A stretch of 64,000 nucleotides of DNA, taken from NCBI RefSeq assembly GCF_009914755.1, contig NC_060938.1; one strand, given 5' to 3'. The stretch comes from the human T2T-CHM13v2.0 reference genome, Homo sapiens. The translations under genes and the position numbers were made by a program. Below are positions 14,880 through 28,088 of this stretch, in pieces (position 1 is the stretch's first letter; each line of letters starts with the position of its first letter). Under the pieces are notes generated by a model. The model saw only the letters and a list, made by a program, of their open reading frames with translations. It was not told where the DNA came from and did not search any database.

Positions 14880-14952
14880 CTAGGACACACGGCCTGTGAG
14901 CGCCCATCCCCTCGCCCCCAGCAGCGTGCACTGGTCCCCGGCTGCAGCTCAC

Positions 14953-15090
14953 CTCATAGATGATCCTCTGCACCAGATCGAACTCTCCTTCCAGAGACGC
15001 GTCTAGGAGCAGTGCCAGGGGGTTAAACCGGACTCTCAGCCCGTGCCCCGTCCGCTCCGAGTTGGGCTTCTTCAAGTTGGTCCGCTTGTT
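14953..15090 (-). CDS. PPP1R13B: PPP1R13B exon 13 (NKRTNLKK...[30 protein letters not shown]); RVxF PP1-docking motif at 15025-15036
   Basis: caacag|AAC ... GAG|gtgagc; 138 nt; RVRF motif. Confidence 0.96.
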
Positions 15091-15890
15091 CTGTTGGGAA
15101 GGAAGCACGCTTTCCAGTTAAAGGTGGTCCACTGAAGTCTAAGAACCCACGCCTGCTGGGAAGGAGTGGTGGGAGCTAAAGCCCAAAGACAGTGGCTCCG
15201 CGAAGCAGCCCTGGAGTGGTAGCAGTAGCAGCGCCCAGGTGACCACCTCAAATAAGGGCCAGGGCCACTCTGCTCACTACAAGGGAGAGCCCTGTCTGAG
15301 GCCTGAGTCCCTGGCTCACGCACAGAGGGACACGGCTGTGTTTGAGCTTCTGGCCACTCCTCGGAAGACTCTGTGGGAGGGAGGGTGGCGTGTGACTGCC
15401 AAGTAGCTGATGGGAGCCAGCAGCTCGTTCCTGCCCACATGCGACAGGGTTCTTCCTGCTATGGCACCAGATCCTAGTGGAGAGAATCCCACTGAGGGTT
15501 CCCTGAGATGGCGCCTGGCTCCCTCTCTGCTCCGTCAACAATGACCTCCCACCCAGGGCCTTTGTCTAGATGCTTCTTCCCTCGTCTCTCTACAGGACCT
15601 TCAGGTGCCAGCGACAGCTCCCCTTCCTCAGGAAAGCCTCTGGAGCTCCCTGACCAGCTGTCTGGGAAAGGCTTGGCCACATTGTGCATTTGTGTGGCCG
15701 AGCCCCATTTGTCATGCCTTTTCATGCCCCATTTGTCTGTGTGACTGTCCGTCCTCCCTACAAGACGTAACTCAGGGACATCCCTGGTTCCCACTGCTCC
15801 CAGCACAGCCTGACCAAGGGAAGGACCCCAGAAGTCCTGGTTGCATGAATGACCAGGAAGGCCAGGCTTTGGTCTAGCAATGACACCCAC

Positions 15891-16660
15891 CGTGGAGGTG
15901 GCAGGAGGGTGGCTGGCAGGGGGAAGAGGTGCTGGAGGGACCTGCTCTTCCCCTGGAGATGGGGCCTCAGCCACAGGACTCGGGATCTGCTCCGTGGTGG
16001 GGACCGTGGCCACGTTGTTGTTATTGTCCTCTGCCGGCTCGGCAGTTTGGTGGGTGGTTTGGGGACAGATGAGCTCCTCTGGTTCGGGGGAAGGTAACTC
16101 ATTATCATTGGCATCTGATGACGGGGCAGGCTCAGCGGGGAGTGGGGCTGTGGGCTGGGCAGGGGGGAGCTCTTCCAGGTTTCCATTGGCATTGGTGTTT
16201 CCATTGTCCACATCGGCCAAGGTGCCCATGAAGTCCTGGGAGGGGCTGGGCTGGTAGAAAGGGGTGCCCTCCATGCCACCGGCCAGGGTGTTGAAGCGCT
16301 GGTACAGCAGCTTCTGGATGTTGGGCCCGCCGGGGCCCTCGGGCTCTGTGATGGAGCTGCGCTTTTTCAGGGGCCGGGGCGCGTTGGCCAGCTTCCTGCG
16401 GAGGGCCTCCAGGTCTGCATCACTCTGGTAGCGCAGTGGCGAATGCACGATGGGCGTGAGCTTGGTGGGGCTGAGTGGCCGTGGCAGGCTCTCCACGGTG
16501 CTGCCATCTGCGGGGGCGGCGGGGCCATCCTGCTCAGGCTCTTTCTCAGTACTTTCTGAAGGTGGCTGAGGCTGTGGTGTGCCCGTGGACAGTGACCCGT
16601 GAAGAAACGGCAGCGGCGATGGAGAGGTTGAACCCGAAGGTAAAACGGGCTTACCATACA
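15891..16660 (-). CDS. PPP1R13B: PPP1R13B exon 12, proline-rich region (VYGKPVLP...PPATST)
   Basis: ccccag|TG ... ACG|gtgggt; 770 nt; within ORF 15474..16673; contains ASPP-conserved PRPLSPTKL and [18 protein letters not shown]. Confidence 0.96.
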
Positions 16661-17856
16661 CTGGGGAAGACACAAAGGACAGGCAATTTTGACCTCACTA
16701 CAGAGATCTAGTCATACACACCTATGATTACACCAGAGACAGGCTCCTGCAAAGACACACATATACATCTGCTGCTGTTATTCAATTCTCATTTCAAATC
16801 TCTGAGGAAACCTCCCCCTCTTAGAGCCTCCACTGACTCCTTCTGAAAGGTGCAGTGCCTCTCTAATGTGTCGGTTTTTACATTTGGGTTTCCAGAACTG
16901 GAGCTTTTTCAAAAGAAAAAAATAGGGTGCTAACCCGACTTTTCCTGCCGCAGACAAGCCTGCCTGTTTTCTGGCCAAGGAAAAAGACAAAAACCACTAA
17001 ACATGCATCTGATTCTTGGACTAACTCACATGACGGAGACACACGCGCCTCCTCAGAGCAGGAAGGTTTTACCTGGAGGTCCAGGAGCTCTTGAGAATGG
17101 TCTAAGCCTTTCCCACCACAGCCAGAACCCTCCCCACAAGGGAACACTGCACCACCACCTGGGAGGTCCCTGTGCAGGAAGTGACTAGGCACGTCCAGGA
17201 ATCCCTCAACTGTGAGTCTAGAAGCTGCAGCCAATGCCCAGGAATGTCTAAGAAGGCCCTAGCCTAGACCTGACCCGCGGCTTCCTCCCGTAAGAGTCGG
17301 AAACACCATCAGCCTCTGTGGTAGGTGTGGAACTAAGCTACCTTCTCTCAGCTGCCTTCTTAGAACATCTGAGCTCCATAACCCAAACCAAGGCTTTCCT
17401 CCCCTCTGGGCTATGGGGGAGGCTCCTACGCAGCAGACGCCCTCCTTAAACTGCCCATGCCCAGGGGTCGGGCTCAGCCACTACCAGGAGGGCCAGTGGT
17501 CAAGGCCACCCTCTACGCACTGGACAGCTCCCGGCACAAGTTACCACGAAACAGAAGGAAAAGAGGAAATTCTCGACATCTCACCCTTCCCGGAGCTGGA
17601 TTTCCTAAGTAGCACACGGAGGTGGCTGCTCAGACAGGAAGTCAGAGAACTGTGAGCCATCTGCAAAACAGCCTCCTCCATGCATTCCAGCTTCCATTCC
17701 CTTCTCACACTGACACCCAAGGCTGTACTTTTATGTAAGAATTAAGTTTAATCCTAAATAGCACGTGGCCCAAACGTAAAGAAATACATTAGTATTTTCT
17801 TAATTAAAAGTATAATTTCCTAGCCCCAAGAAAAGGAGAGTATAAACCCACTCTAC

Positions 17857-18358
17857 CTGCTTTAACTGACTTATTTAAGGCGCTGTGTGCTGCCGGCTGG
17901 TAATTCTTAGGTGGTGTGGCTTGCTGGAGGTACATGGAGTATATGGAACTTGAATTCACTGTCTGGGGTCCTTTCCTGGGAGACTGTGGCCTTGACCCTT
18001 TATCAGCCAGGAAAGGCCTAATGGCCACTGTCAGTGGGAGTTCAGGCTTGCTGTCCCCAGCTGGAAATGCAGGTGGTCCCGCTGGCGGGTACGTGGGACT
18101 TGGCGGTACGGAAATCCTCTGCTGAATCTGTTGTGAGGAGCCTGGCTGGGGGGTGCTGCCTGTGGCGGGCAGCAGGGTGGGCCTCTGTCGACTTGGCAGG
18201 CCTGCACTGGGCCTGGGCAAGCTGCCTTCCTTCCTCCTTTCCAGGGAGCTTGTCGACCCAGGACCCAGAGGTGTAGGACTTGGGTATGTCCCATAGCTTG
18301 GAGGCAGCTGCTTGCCTACACCCGGGATGGGAGGTGGCACTTTACCAATCTCGATGCC
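17857..18358 (-). CDS. PPP1R13B: PPP1R13B exon 11 ([10 protein letters not shown]...NKSVKA)
   Basis: cttag|GGC ... GCAG|gtagag; 502 nt; overlaps ORF 17804..18340. Confidence 0.95.
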
Positions 18359-18720
18359 CTAAGTTTAGGTGTTAAGAAGAAAAACAAAGTCACCCTTTGA
18401 ACAGTTAAGAATATTTCCACCCACATTCCCAAGAGAATACACAGTAGAATTTGTAATCCGTCAAATTGGCTGTGACCAGGACTTGGGGCACACTGTTGAG
18501 CTCATTGCCTGTCTGCAAAAGTTCTGACCGAAAGGTGTGTGTACTCGTGGGCTGCTCAGGCTCTTAGGGCCCAGTAACCCTCTAGGACTTTGGGTGTTGT
18601 CTGGACAATAACAGGATTAACTTGCCTCCTGACAAGTCATACCCTTTAGCTTAGTACTAAGGCAGAAGAGAGCCCTGTTGAAGAGCCCGCTTGTGTTCTG
18701 TGGTAAAGACACAGGCCTAC

Positions 18721-18890
18721 CGGCTTCTCCGTGGGTCCCAGTGCTGAGAAGGGCACAGGCTGGCTGGAGACAGTGCCCTGCTTGACAGACCCCTCCACGC
18801 TCGGATCCTTCCAGTCTGCACCGGCCACCTGCACTGGTTTCACGGAAGAGCTAGAATTCTGTTTTAATGTTGGCCAGTTTCCATCATTAG
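18721..18890 (-). CDS. PPP1R13B: PPP1R13B exon 10 ([11 protein letters not shown]...GPTEKP)
   Basis: ttttcaag|CT ... CCG|gtaggc; 170 nt. Confidence 0.94.
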
Positions 18891-21862
18891 CTTGAAAAGA
18901 ACACAGAACTTACGTAAAACTTTTCTCAATGTAGTTGAACCAACCTAAGAATAACACTCTGCCAGAAACAAAAACAGCACTGGGACATCCCATTCTGATG
19001 CAGATCCATTAACCGAGTGGTCAACCACCAGCCACATGCACAACTGCTGATCTCCTCCAGCACCCACAGACCCGTGCACAAGACCAAGGGACGGGCTCTG
19101 CTGGCAGCTCACTGCCAACGCCCAAATCGCCTCAAGTGTTACCAGAGACTCACGCCAAACCAAGGCTCCACTGGTGTGGGCCTGGGGCTGCACCCTATTT
19201 TAACACAGGTCAAATCCATTGCATCAGCACCACCAAACAAAATAAGCACTGGCCCTTACTTTTGAAACACTATTTATGAATACAATTACATAGAGCAATA
19301 AAAAAGATTTATCTTTTGACTTCATAATAGGTTTGACCTGTAGTACTTTAATTATTGAGATAAAAATTTCTGCCCTCTAAGGTAACTTATGATCACAGGA
19401 GGCCCGTGCAGGTTCCCACTGATTTGCGTAGCAGGAGGAGCAGGCTATCATTCTGTTGCAGTGATTAGAAAGCTGGTCATCAACCCCAAGTTTTCAGGAA
19501 AGCCACTGAAATGACAGGTTCTTTACAGAGTATTTTCCAAACTGAAAAAGGGTGCAGAAGTATCCCCTTGTAACACAAGGCCCCTCACAGTGGCCGAAAG
19601 TCCATTATAACACAGGCTCCTGGTTCTCTTTTACAGGAACAGGTGCTGAACTGAACTAAAGTGTTCAACGCTTCCAGCGCCATCAGCAATATGGGACAGA
19701 CAGAAATCAGAGGGACTCTTTTAGGCCCTCCTGGCAGGAACAGCACATCCCCTTCCCTTATCCCATCTGCCAGCACAGGCAGGAGGGGATAACTAAGTAG
19801 CAGCAGGAAAATCAGTGGTCCTCACAACAACGTCTGAGCCAGAACTCCGGACTCATAGCACATGACGAGGAAGCTTCCCGGCTGCGCTCTGAGCGCCTGG
19901 GCAACACAGGGCCCATCAGCCGCAGCCTCACACGGCTTGCTCCTAAGCCAAACTGACCCGATGCAGCCGCACCGCAACCCCAGCTGCATACACTGCTGGG
20001 CTGTGAAGTTATGATGCAGGCTCCAGGCAGCGGCTTCTGAGACAGCTCTAGTCAAGCCCCGTGGGTCCTGGCGAGGCATTCCAAGGCCCCTGGACCAACT
20101 GCCATCTTGCTCCACGTGGCCTGGAGGATGTGTGGCCAGAAACCTGCAGCCTCCCCAAGGACAGGGCCTGTGGTCTCAGGGTCACAGGGAATGTGGCTGT
20201 CCAGGTGCTTCAGAAACCACCCAGCAACAACAGGAAGTTTTATGGAAATCAGCCATAGTGGGGACTAAAAAGCAATTTTCTCCTTTCTTCAGAAGAAGGC
20301 AAGAGGTACAGAAGGAAAATCATTTTATAGAGGAACAATTATCTTTTAGTATGATTGTAAAACTAAAAGCCTCATAATAAACTCAGAAATATCTTAATTT
20401 TGTAAAAACAAACAAAAAACCCTCCAAAACAAAACCCGCGCTACGCCAGCATCTGTCCCTTGGTGTCACACTCTTTCTAAGGATGGGAGGGTACACGTGG
20501 CCCCACCCAGACTCCATACCTGTCTGTTGAAGAAAGGGACAAATTACGTTTGTGTGGCATCTTTTTCAAATCTAGATGTGATGAGCAGACCTTTGTCAGT
20601 TTGGAAAAACAAGTGACAGGTGATTTTGTACATATTAAAGAGGACGCAGCTTCCCACTAAGCTTGTCAGCCAACATACGGTTTACAAATGGGCTTGCAGA
20701 GGGCCGCGAGGAGCCATAATTAGGCCCGACGTCGAGGTCTGACACTGTCCATGAGCTGGTCACTCTGGGTTTACTGTGGCCATCTGTGTGACACAGAACC
20801 AGGACAGCCAACAGCAAGGGATTAGAGTCCCTGCCAGGAGGCTTCACAGCCCAGCTCCACCTCTGAGCTGAGCTGCTGCCCCGACTCTGAAGGTGAGCAC
20901 AGGTTCCCCATGTCCATGACTTTCATCCACAGCAGAGGCTAGGACCAGGGCTTCGTGAAGGCATCTCCTTGCTGCAACCCCTTGAGGCAGCACAGCAGAC
21001 ACCAACAAGGACGGGACACAGGAGACATTTCTCACCTTGGGGAGTTTCTCAAAGGAAGTCAGCAGAGAAGTAGCTGGCTGTGCTAATTACCTCCCACTGG
21101 AAACAGACAAATATCTACTCCTACCACAGGGTGGTTCAAACTATAAATAACAGCTTAGCAGAGCAACCTGCAGTTAGGGGTTCATGCCAACCCCACACTT
21201 TATGTGGCTGCTGAGACACGGCCGTAAGGGATCTGAGTGGGGGCTTGTGGCTCACAAGGGCTGGTGATGCTCTTCTCTTTCGGAGTTCATAACAAGACCC
21301 AAGCTCCCCAGTGGGGGCAACAGATGTGTCGCTGTCCCTCCTGGGGGCCAGGCAAGAGAAAATGAAGCAAACAAAGATGAGCACAAATCCACCACAATCC
21401 CGAAAAAGGGGCTCGAAACACAGGCCTGATGGCCAGAGAGTAACAGTACTGTTTTCATAAACGAAGGAATGTTTCAATACATCAGGACAGGGATTCCTGA
21501 TGCTGTGTGTTTCAGGGAAATGTGTCAACCTCAGTCATAAAGAAAGTCTTATTGCAAGGAAGCCCCAACACTTTTAATGCACTGGTTGAGAAACAGACTC
21601 TCCATGAACAGCTTGCCCTCTGCTTGGCAGGGGCACCACCCATGGACTACACTAGAGGTCCAAGTCCATCACACAGCACCATTGTGAGGTCAAGACCAAA
21701 CCAACGATGTGTGGACTTTGATCAATGAGGACAGAGCGCTGTTTGTAGGGGCAGCCCCTCCACTTGGCTGGCTGTAGCCGAGTTGTGGTGAGGCATCCAT
21801 GCCGGGCCTCAGTGTCCTCAGAGTAAATAAACCTGCAGTAAGAGAGGACACTCGTGGGTCAG

Positions 21863-22191
<329 letters not shown>

Positions 22192-22439
22192 TAATCATTT
22201 GTGTTTTGAAAAGCCACACAGTAGAGACCTCTAGTTCAGTAAAAATAACTTGTTTTCCTTTTAGGATTGTTACCACAGGGGAACACAGCTCTCCAAGCGC
22301 CTCACGGGGAGACTGAGCCTGGAGTCTGACGATGTGTGGGGCAGAGCCTCAGGAGCCTGCCCCACCCCCCGCCCCTCCACCGCAGGCCCCATTCCCTGCT
22401 CACAAACTCTCCCCGAGGAAGAGGGCCAGGACCACTCAC

Positions 22440-22620
22440 CGGATTTGGATCTTCCATGAGCAGCATTTGAGGCAATACTGAGAGACTGGGGCTTTATAGG
22501 GTCCCCCAGCACAGGAAAGCTTCCGGCACTGGGAACCTGGATATAAGGCCCCACAGCAGCGACCCTGCCCGATGTGCTCAGAGGGGACTGTGGTGATGAC
22601 GTGCCATTCACACGGTTCAG
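22440..22620 (-). CDS. PPP1R13B: PPP1R13B exon 9 ([11 protein letters not shown]...HGRSKS)
   Basis: ttgtag|CTG ... TCCG|gtgagt; 181 nt; ASPP-conserved [10 protein letters not shown]. Confidence 0.95.
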
Positions 22621-22959
22621 CTACAAATTGGGAAGAAATGAGAGTCAAGATTCTCCTACATTCAAAGAAGTCCTAAGCCTAGTGCAAGAGACTGCCAGCT
22701 CGGACAGAAAGCACTCACTCAGTGGTTGGTTTTTAGGAAGCCTGTCATCTGGAAAGATCAGCATCTAGAAGGGGAGACTGTGGAGAAGGAACTGTAGCTT
22801 CCTATGAGCAATTCTCCGACAACACCCACCCATCTGGAGCTGTACACATGAGGAGCTGATGTGAGGGCAGAGCAACTTCCCCGTGATCCACATGCAGCTT
22901 CCCTCTTACTCAGGATACTCTTCCTCCCTTGAGTGGGCACAGAGACACTGGTCAAATCC

Positions 22960-23045
22960 TGGGCTCTGAGCCTGGCTTCAAATCCCCTCTGTGACTTACT
23001 CGCTGTGCTGCTTCGGGCAGGTGACTCAGCCTCTGTGCTCACACC
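22960..23045 (-). mobile_element. MIR fragment
   Basis: Degenerate MIR core (ttcaaatccc...acttactcgctgtg...gggcaggtgactcagcctctgtgctc). Confidence 0.55.
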
Positions 23046-23585
23046 CGTGGAGTCGGGATAAGGGCTGTAGCCGGTACTGTCTAAGCCACGTGGGGCACAG
23101 TGAGCACGTAAGGCTCTGACTCCCAGCAATGGGCCCAGTTCCCTGAAGGCAGCGCTGCCTTTCTCAGCCAGGACACAGAGCCACAGACAGAGGACACTGT
23201 TCACATAACACTGCTCAGGAACAGAGGCGCCTGGAACAGGGATTCTAGAGAACTACTGACGTCCTCAAGATTTCAATATAGGCTCTAAATAGGATCCATA
23301 ACCCCTGTGATTGTAAGATTCTATATGCATGAGGACAGGTCATTTCGGGGTGAGGGGTTATGGCTTTCACAATTGCTCAAAGGTACCTAGGACCTTTGGG
23401 TGGAGACGCATCTCTGCAAAAATACTGACTTCTTCAAGGCGATCCCTTGAAGTGTAGGTGGAATGAATCTAGCTGTTTGTGATGGATAACTTTACACATC
23501 ACCTTGACTAGGTCACAGTAACCAGATATTTGGCCAAATACCAGACGACATGTTGCTGAAAAGGTATTTTCCAGATGAGATTAAC

Positions 23586-23880
23586 TTTTTTTTTTTAATT
23601 TCCATAGGTTTTTGGGAAACAGGTGGTGTTTGGTTACATGAGTAAGTTATTTAGTGGTGATTTGTGAGATTTAGTGCACTCTAGCAGTGTACACTGCACA
23701 CAATTTGTAGTCTTTTATCCCTCACTCCCTTCCCACCCTTTCCCCGAGTCCCCAAAGTCAACTGTGTCATTGTTATGCCTTTGCATCCTCATAGCTTAGC
23801 TCCCACTTATGAGTGAGAACATACAATGTTTGGTTTTCCATTCCTGAGTTACTTCACTTAGAATAATAGTCTCCAATCTG
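23586..23880 (-). mobile_element. L1PB-like 3' end inserted into the MLT2 LTR
   Basis: Antisense L1 3'UTR (aatttccataggtttttgggaaacaggtggtgtttggttacatg); TSD gatgagattaacttt / gaagagattaacttt. Confidence 0.82.
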
Positions 23881-24128
23881 GAAGAGATTAACTTTCAAAT
23901 TGGTAGATTTGAGTGAAGCAGATGACCCTCTAGAAGGTGGGTGGGCCCCATCCAATCAGTGGAATGCCTTAAGAGAAACAGAGAGACGCCCTGAGAAAGC
24001 GGGATCCTGCCTAGAGTTGGCCTTCGGACTCCAGCTGCAACATCCTCCCTGGGCCTCCACGCTGCCGGCCGCCCTCACAGATTCTGGACTTGCCAACGTC
24101 CACAATCATGTGAGCCAATTCCTTAAAT

Positions 24129-24134
<6 letters not shown>

Positions 24135-24171
<37 letters not shown>
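24135..24171. repeat. (CA)n microsatellite, about 18 units
   Basis: Read directly from the sequence. Confidence 0.95.
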
Positions 24172-24175
<4 letters not shown>

Positions 24176-25178
24176 ACGCGCACGCTACTGGTTCTCTTTC
24201 TCTAGGAAGCCCTGACTACTACGCCATTACTGAGGAGCATATGTAAGCACAGGGAAAGTGCTTGCAGCCTCTCTCTCACATGGCCTCTTTGTTGTTAATC
24301 TTGAGAAAAAGGAAAACCAACATCTGAAATCATAAAGTTGTACAAATAAACTACTGATCTTTAAACTCACTGTGTTGTTTTTTTAAAAGAAGGGCAGATT
24401 TGTAAATGAGAGACTGTGACATCCACAGAACTGGAAGCTCCCTTCTACGTCTACCACCCTCCACACCCACTCCCCCTAGGCAAAGGCCTTCAAGCCCTTG
24501 CTGCCTCCTCAGAGCATCTTTCAGAGCAGTAGAGGCTAACAAGAGGACACTATTCTGTCACCAAACTATATGCAGAAGGGAGATGTGGGAAGGGAGTCCT
24601 TGCTGGTGGGTCAGGAGAGTGGGTGCTCCATTCTCCTACCACGAGGGCAGAATGCACTCAGCTCTGCATTCAGGCACTGCTCCCCTAATCACTGAGTGCC
24701 ACAGGTGCGAGAAAGTCAAGTGCCACATCCGGCCAAAGACACAGAGTGCAGGCGCCCCTCCTCCATGCAGGCGGCTCAGTGGTACATGTGCTCACCAATG
24801 CACTGTGAGCAGCAGCAAGACTCAGGACTCCCTGCCTGACTACAGAGGGTGGTAAAGGGGTATAGGCCCTGGGACCAGGGAATAGCTTTCAGATGGTGCA
24901 ACCAGAATGAAGTAACGACCTGGAAAGACACCCGTGCTGCAGTTAGAAAAAGACAAGGTGAGCAGTGAGACTAGTGTAATTCCTGCAATCCCATTTTCAG
25001 TTAAAGTTCTGTACCTTTGTGTCTTTATTAGGGAAAAGACTGGAACCATTAGCAACTATCACCTCTAGAGAACAGGGTGGAAAGGACTTTCACATTTTCC
25101 CTTAAATATTTCTGTACTTAAGAGATTTATCTTAAGGAATCGACTCATGTGATTGTGGACGCTGGCAAGTCCAAAATC

Positions 25179-25338
25179 TTTGATACTGAATTTCAAAGGT
25201 TAATACTCATTTTTTCAATGAGCATTTATTCAATGAGTATTTTATCGTATTATTTTTTCATTGAGTATTTATTCAATGAGTATTTTATTGTATTACTTTT
25301 TCAATGAGTATTTACTACCTTTAAAATTCAGTATCAAA
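25179..25338. repeat. Inverted repeat (22-bp arms, 1 mismatch) enclosing a 43-bp tandem repeat (about 2.4 copies)
   Basis: tttgatactgaatttcaaaggt 25179-25200 vs acctttaaaattcagtatcaaa 25317-25338; units 25210-25252, 25253-25295 and partial 25296-25313. Confidence 0.9.
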
Positions 25339-25850
25339 TAAGGATTTTTTAGAAGCATAACCCCTTACATAGCATTTTGGTCAAGAGTTTACAAAATCCT
25401 TCTACATGGCTTATTTATAAGAATCCTTACAACAACTCACGGGGCAGGTAGGACAAATCACTTTACAGCAAGAACATGAGGCTACGCAAGTCAAAGAATT
25501 TGCTCAAAGTGGCACAGCTTAAAATGGCAGAGTGCGGACCGTGACAGATGCTGTGACTCCAGAGCCAACAGCATCCCCCAGTGAAGAGGAGACAGAAACA
25601 CATGGGGAGGAAGGAAGGCCAGGACACTGAGAGCAAGGCTGCAGGCTGAGGATGGTTCTGCCTCCACACACCAGGAAATAAATGAGTCACTGGGAGAAGG
25701 AACTTTGTTCTGTCATTTTTGATGGTTTATGGCCTATTTATGTTTTATCAGTTATGGTGGATGGGGGAGCATACTGCTACTTACAGAAGATGGGCAATGC
25801 TTGGATAAACTATCTTTAGTAGTTTATCTCACAAAAACTTTTTCACATGC

Positions 25851-25991
25851 CTGAATTTTTTTCCCATAGAGACGTTCACGCAGTTCACTGATTCGCTTGT
25901 CCATCATGGCCACCTCCATGTTGCGCTTATTTAAGAGTTCCTTCTGCTGCTGAAGTTTTGAATTTTGTTCCTGGTTAAGTTGGTTACGAAT
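25851..25991 (-). CDS. PPP1R13B: PPP1R13B exon 8, coiled coil ([10 protein letters not shown]...LYGKKIQ); ends at a non-canonical GC donor
   Basis: ttgtag|ATT ... CAG|gcatgt; 141 nt; phase-0 join to exon 9 gives KKIQ/LNRV as in my recall of ASPP1. Confidence 0.88.
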
Positions 25992-26593
25992 CTACAAACC
26001 ACAAAATACAACTTTTATGATTTGTGTTAATTAAAAGTCAAATTCTCATTGCCAGGGAGATTAAAAAAGAAAAAGTAGCATTAAGTTCTCATGTATATTT
26101 ACATGCATGCACTGCCACCTTGTGTGGAATATTTCACAGGTACAGCAGAGATAAGCCAGGACAGCGTTCTCATGGAACAAAGAAAGAGCAAACATCTGTA
26201 AGCATCTTCTTCAAAGCACACGAAATGACTAGAGCCAATGATGATTACAGGAGACTGAGTGCGGTGTTTGGGACTCTCAGAAACTAAAGGATGCTCTGCT
26301 CCACCCCATGGAGCTGCTTCAGGCCTGAGCCCACCACATGATGCACCTTACTGTGGAGGCAGCAGGAAATTCAAAAAGGACCAAAAAGGATGGCCTGAGT
26401 CACCAAGTGAAGCACCTTTACATCATTTTAGTGGCTTGCAACCAGCATTTTAAAGAAATGAACTAGGACAGAACAGAAAATATCAGAGTGTACTTCCCAT
26501 AGTAAGAGCTGTCTTAAACTTTCGGATGCCCACAGCACTAGTACATACACACTTCCGTGTGTATACTCAACAGGACGTAAAATGTACTTTTAA

Positions 26594-27363
<770 letters not shown>

Positions 27364-27580
27364 TCATGAAACCTTATAATACTGTAGTACTTCTATGCAT
27401 TTACGTTAAAGAACTTAACAGCAACCACAAGTGATTTTACTCTACGTAGTTAAATACCCTCATTTCATAAAATGATGTAATATTTTTTCTAGCAAGTGCT
27501 AATAAAGCAGCAAGACCTATTTCTGGCTTGAAAAATCGCCTGCTGAATGACAACTTCTGAGACATGAAAATCTTAACGAT

Positions 27581-27928
27581 TGTTAAGGACTGAATGTGTC
27601 CCCCAAAATCTCTATGTTGAAGCCCTAACCCCATTGTAATGGTGTCTGGAGGCAGGGTCTTTAGGAGGTAATTAGGTTTAAGCAAGGTCATGAGGGTGGG
27701 GCCCCCCATGATGAAGTTCACGGAGAGAGACTACAACTCTCTCTCCACTACGTAGGGACACAGCGAGAAGGCGGCTCTCTGCAAGCCAGGGAGTGAACAT
27801 TCACTGGAAACTGAATTTGCTGGCACCTTGATCTTGGACTTCCAGCCTCCAGAACGGTGGGAAATAAATGTCTATAGTTTAAGCCATCCAGCCTATGATA
27901 TTTTGTTATAGCAGTCTGAGCTAAGACA
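27581..27928 (+). mobile_element. MLT1A-type MaLR solo LTR
   Basis: tg..ggactgaatgtgtcccccaaaat start; ggcaccttgatcttggacttccagcctccagaac; ttttgttatagcag...ctaagaca end. Confidence 0.85.
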
Positions 27929-28088
27929 AAGATTTAACAATAGGCACCTAGCTCATCAAAAGAGTTTACACAAAGGCCTTAAAATATCACCCTAAGTTTA
28001 ATTCTTTACTGGATTATTATCTGCTAATTGAATTATTTTGTGCTGAAAACATCCTAAGTGAAAGAAGCCGGTCACAAAGGACCGCATA

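Larger units (their letters stand above)
23478..24220 (+). mobile_element. MLT2-type (ERVL) LTR interrupted by an L1 fragment
   Basis: MLT2 motifs (accttgactaggtcacag, ggacttgcc..ccacaatcatgtgagccaattcctt, ggttctctttctctaggaagccctgacta). Confidence 0.75.

Noticed and set aside
15474-15890. The exon 12 frame stays open for about 138 codons into intron 12 (399-aa ORF)
   Set aside because: There is a good donor at 15890, the extension resembles nothing I recognise, and I see no - strand AATAAA in the rest of the intron. Long open frames are common in GC-rich introns.
25210-25313. Repeated motif that superficially resembles a CRISPR-like array
   Set aside because: Eukaryotic context and the intervening sequences are themselves duplicated; it is a simple tandem duplication.
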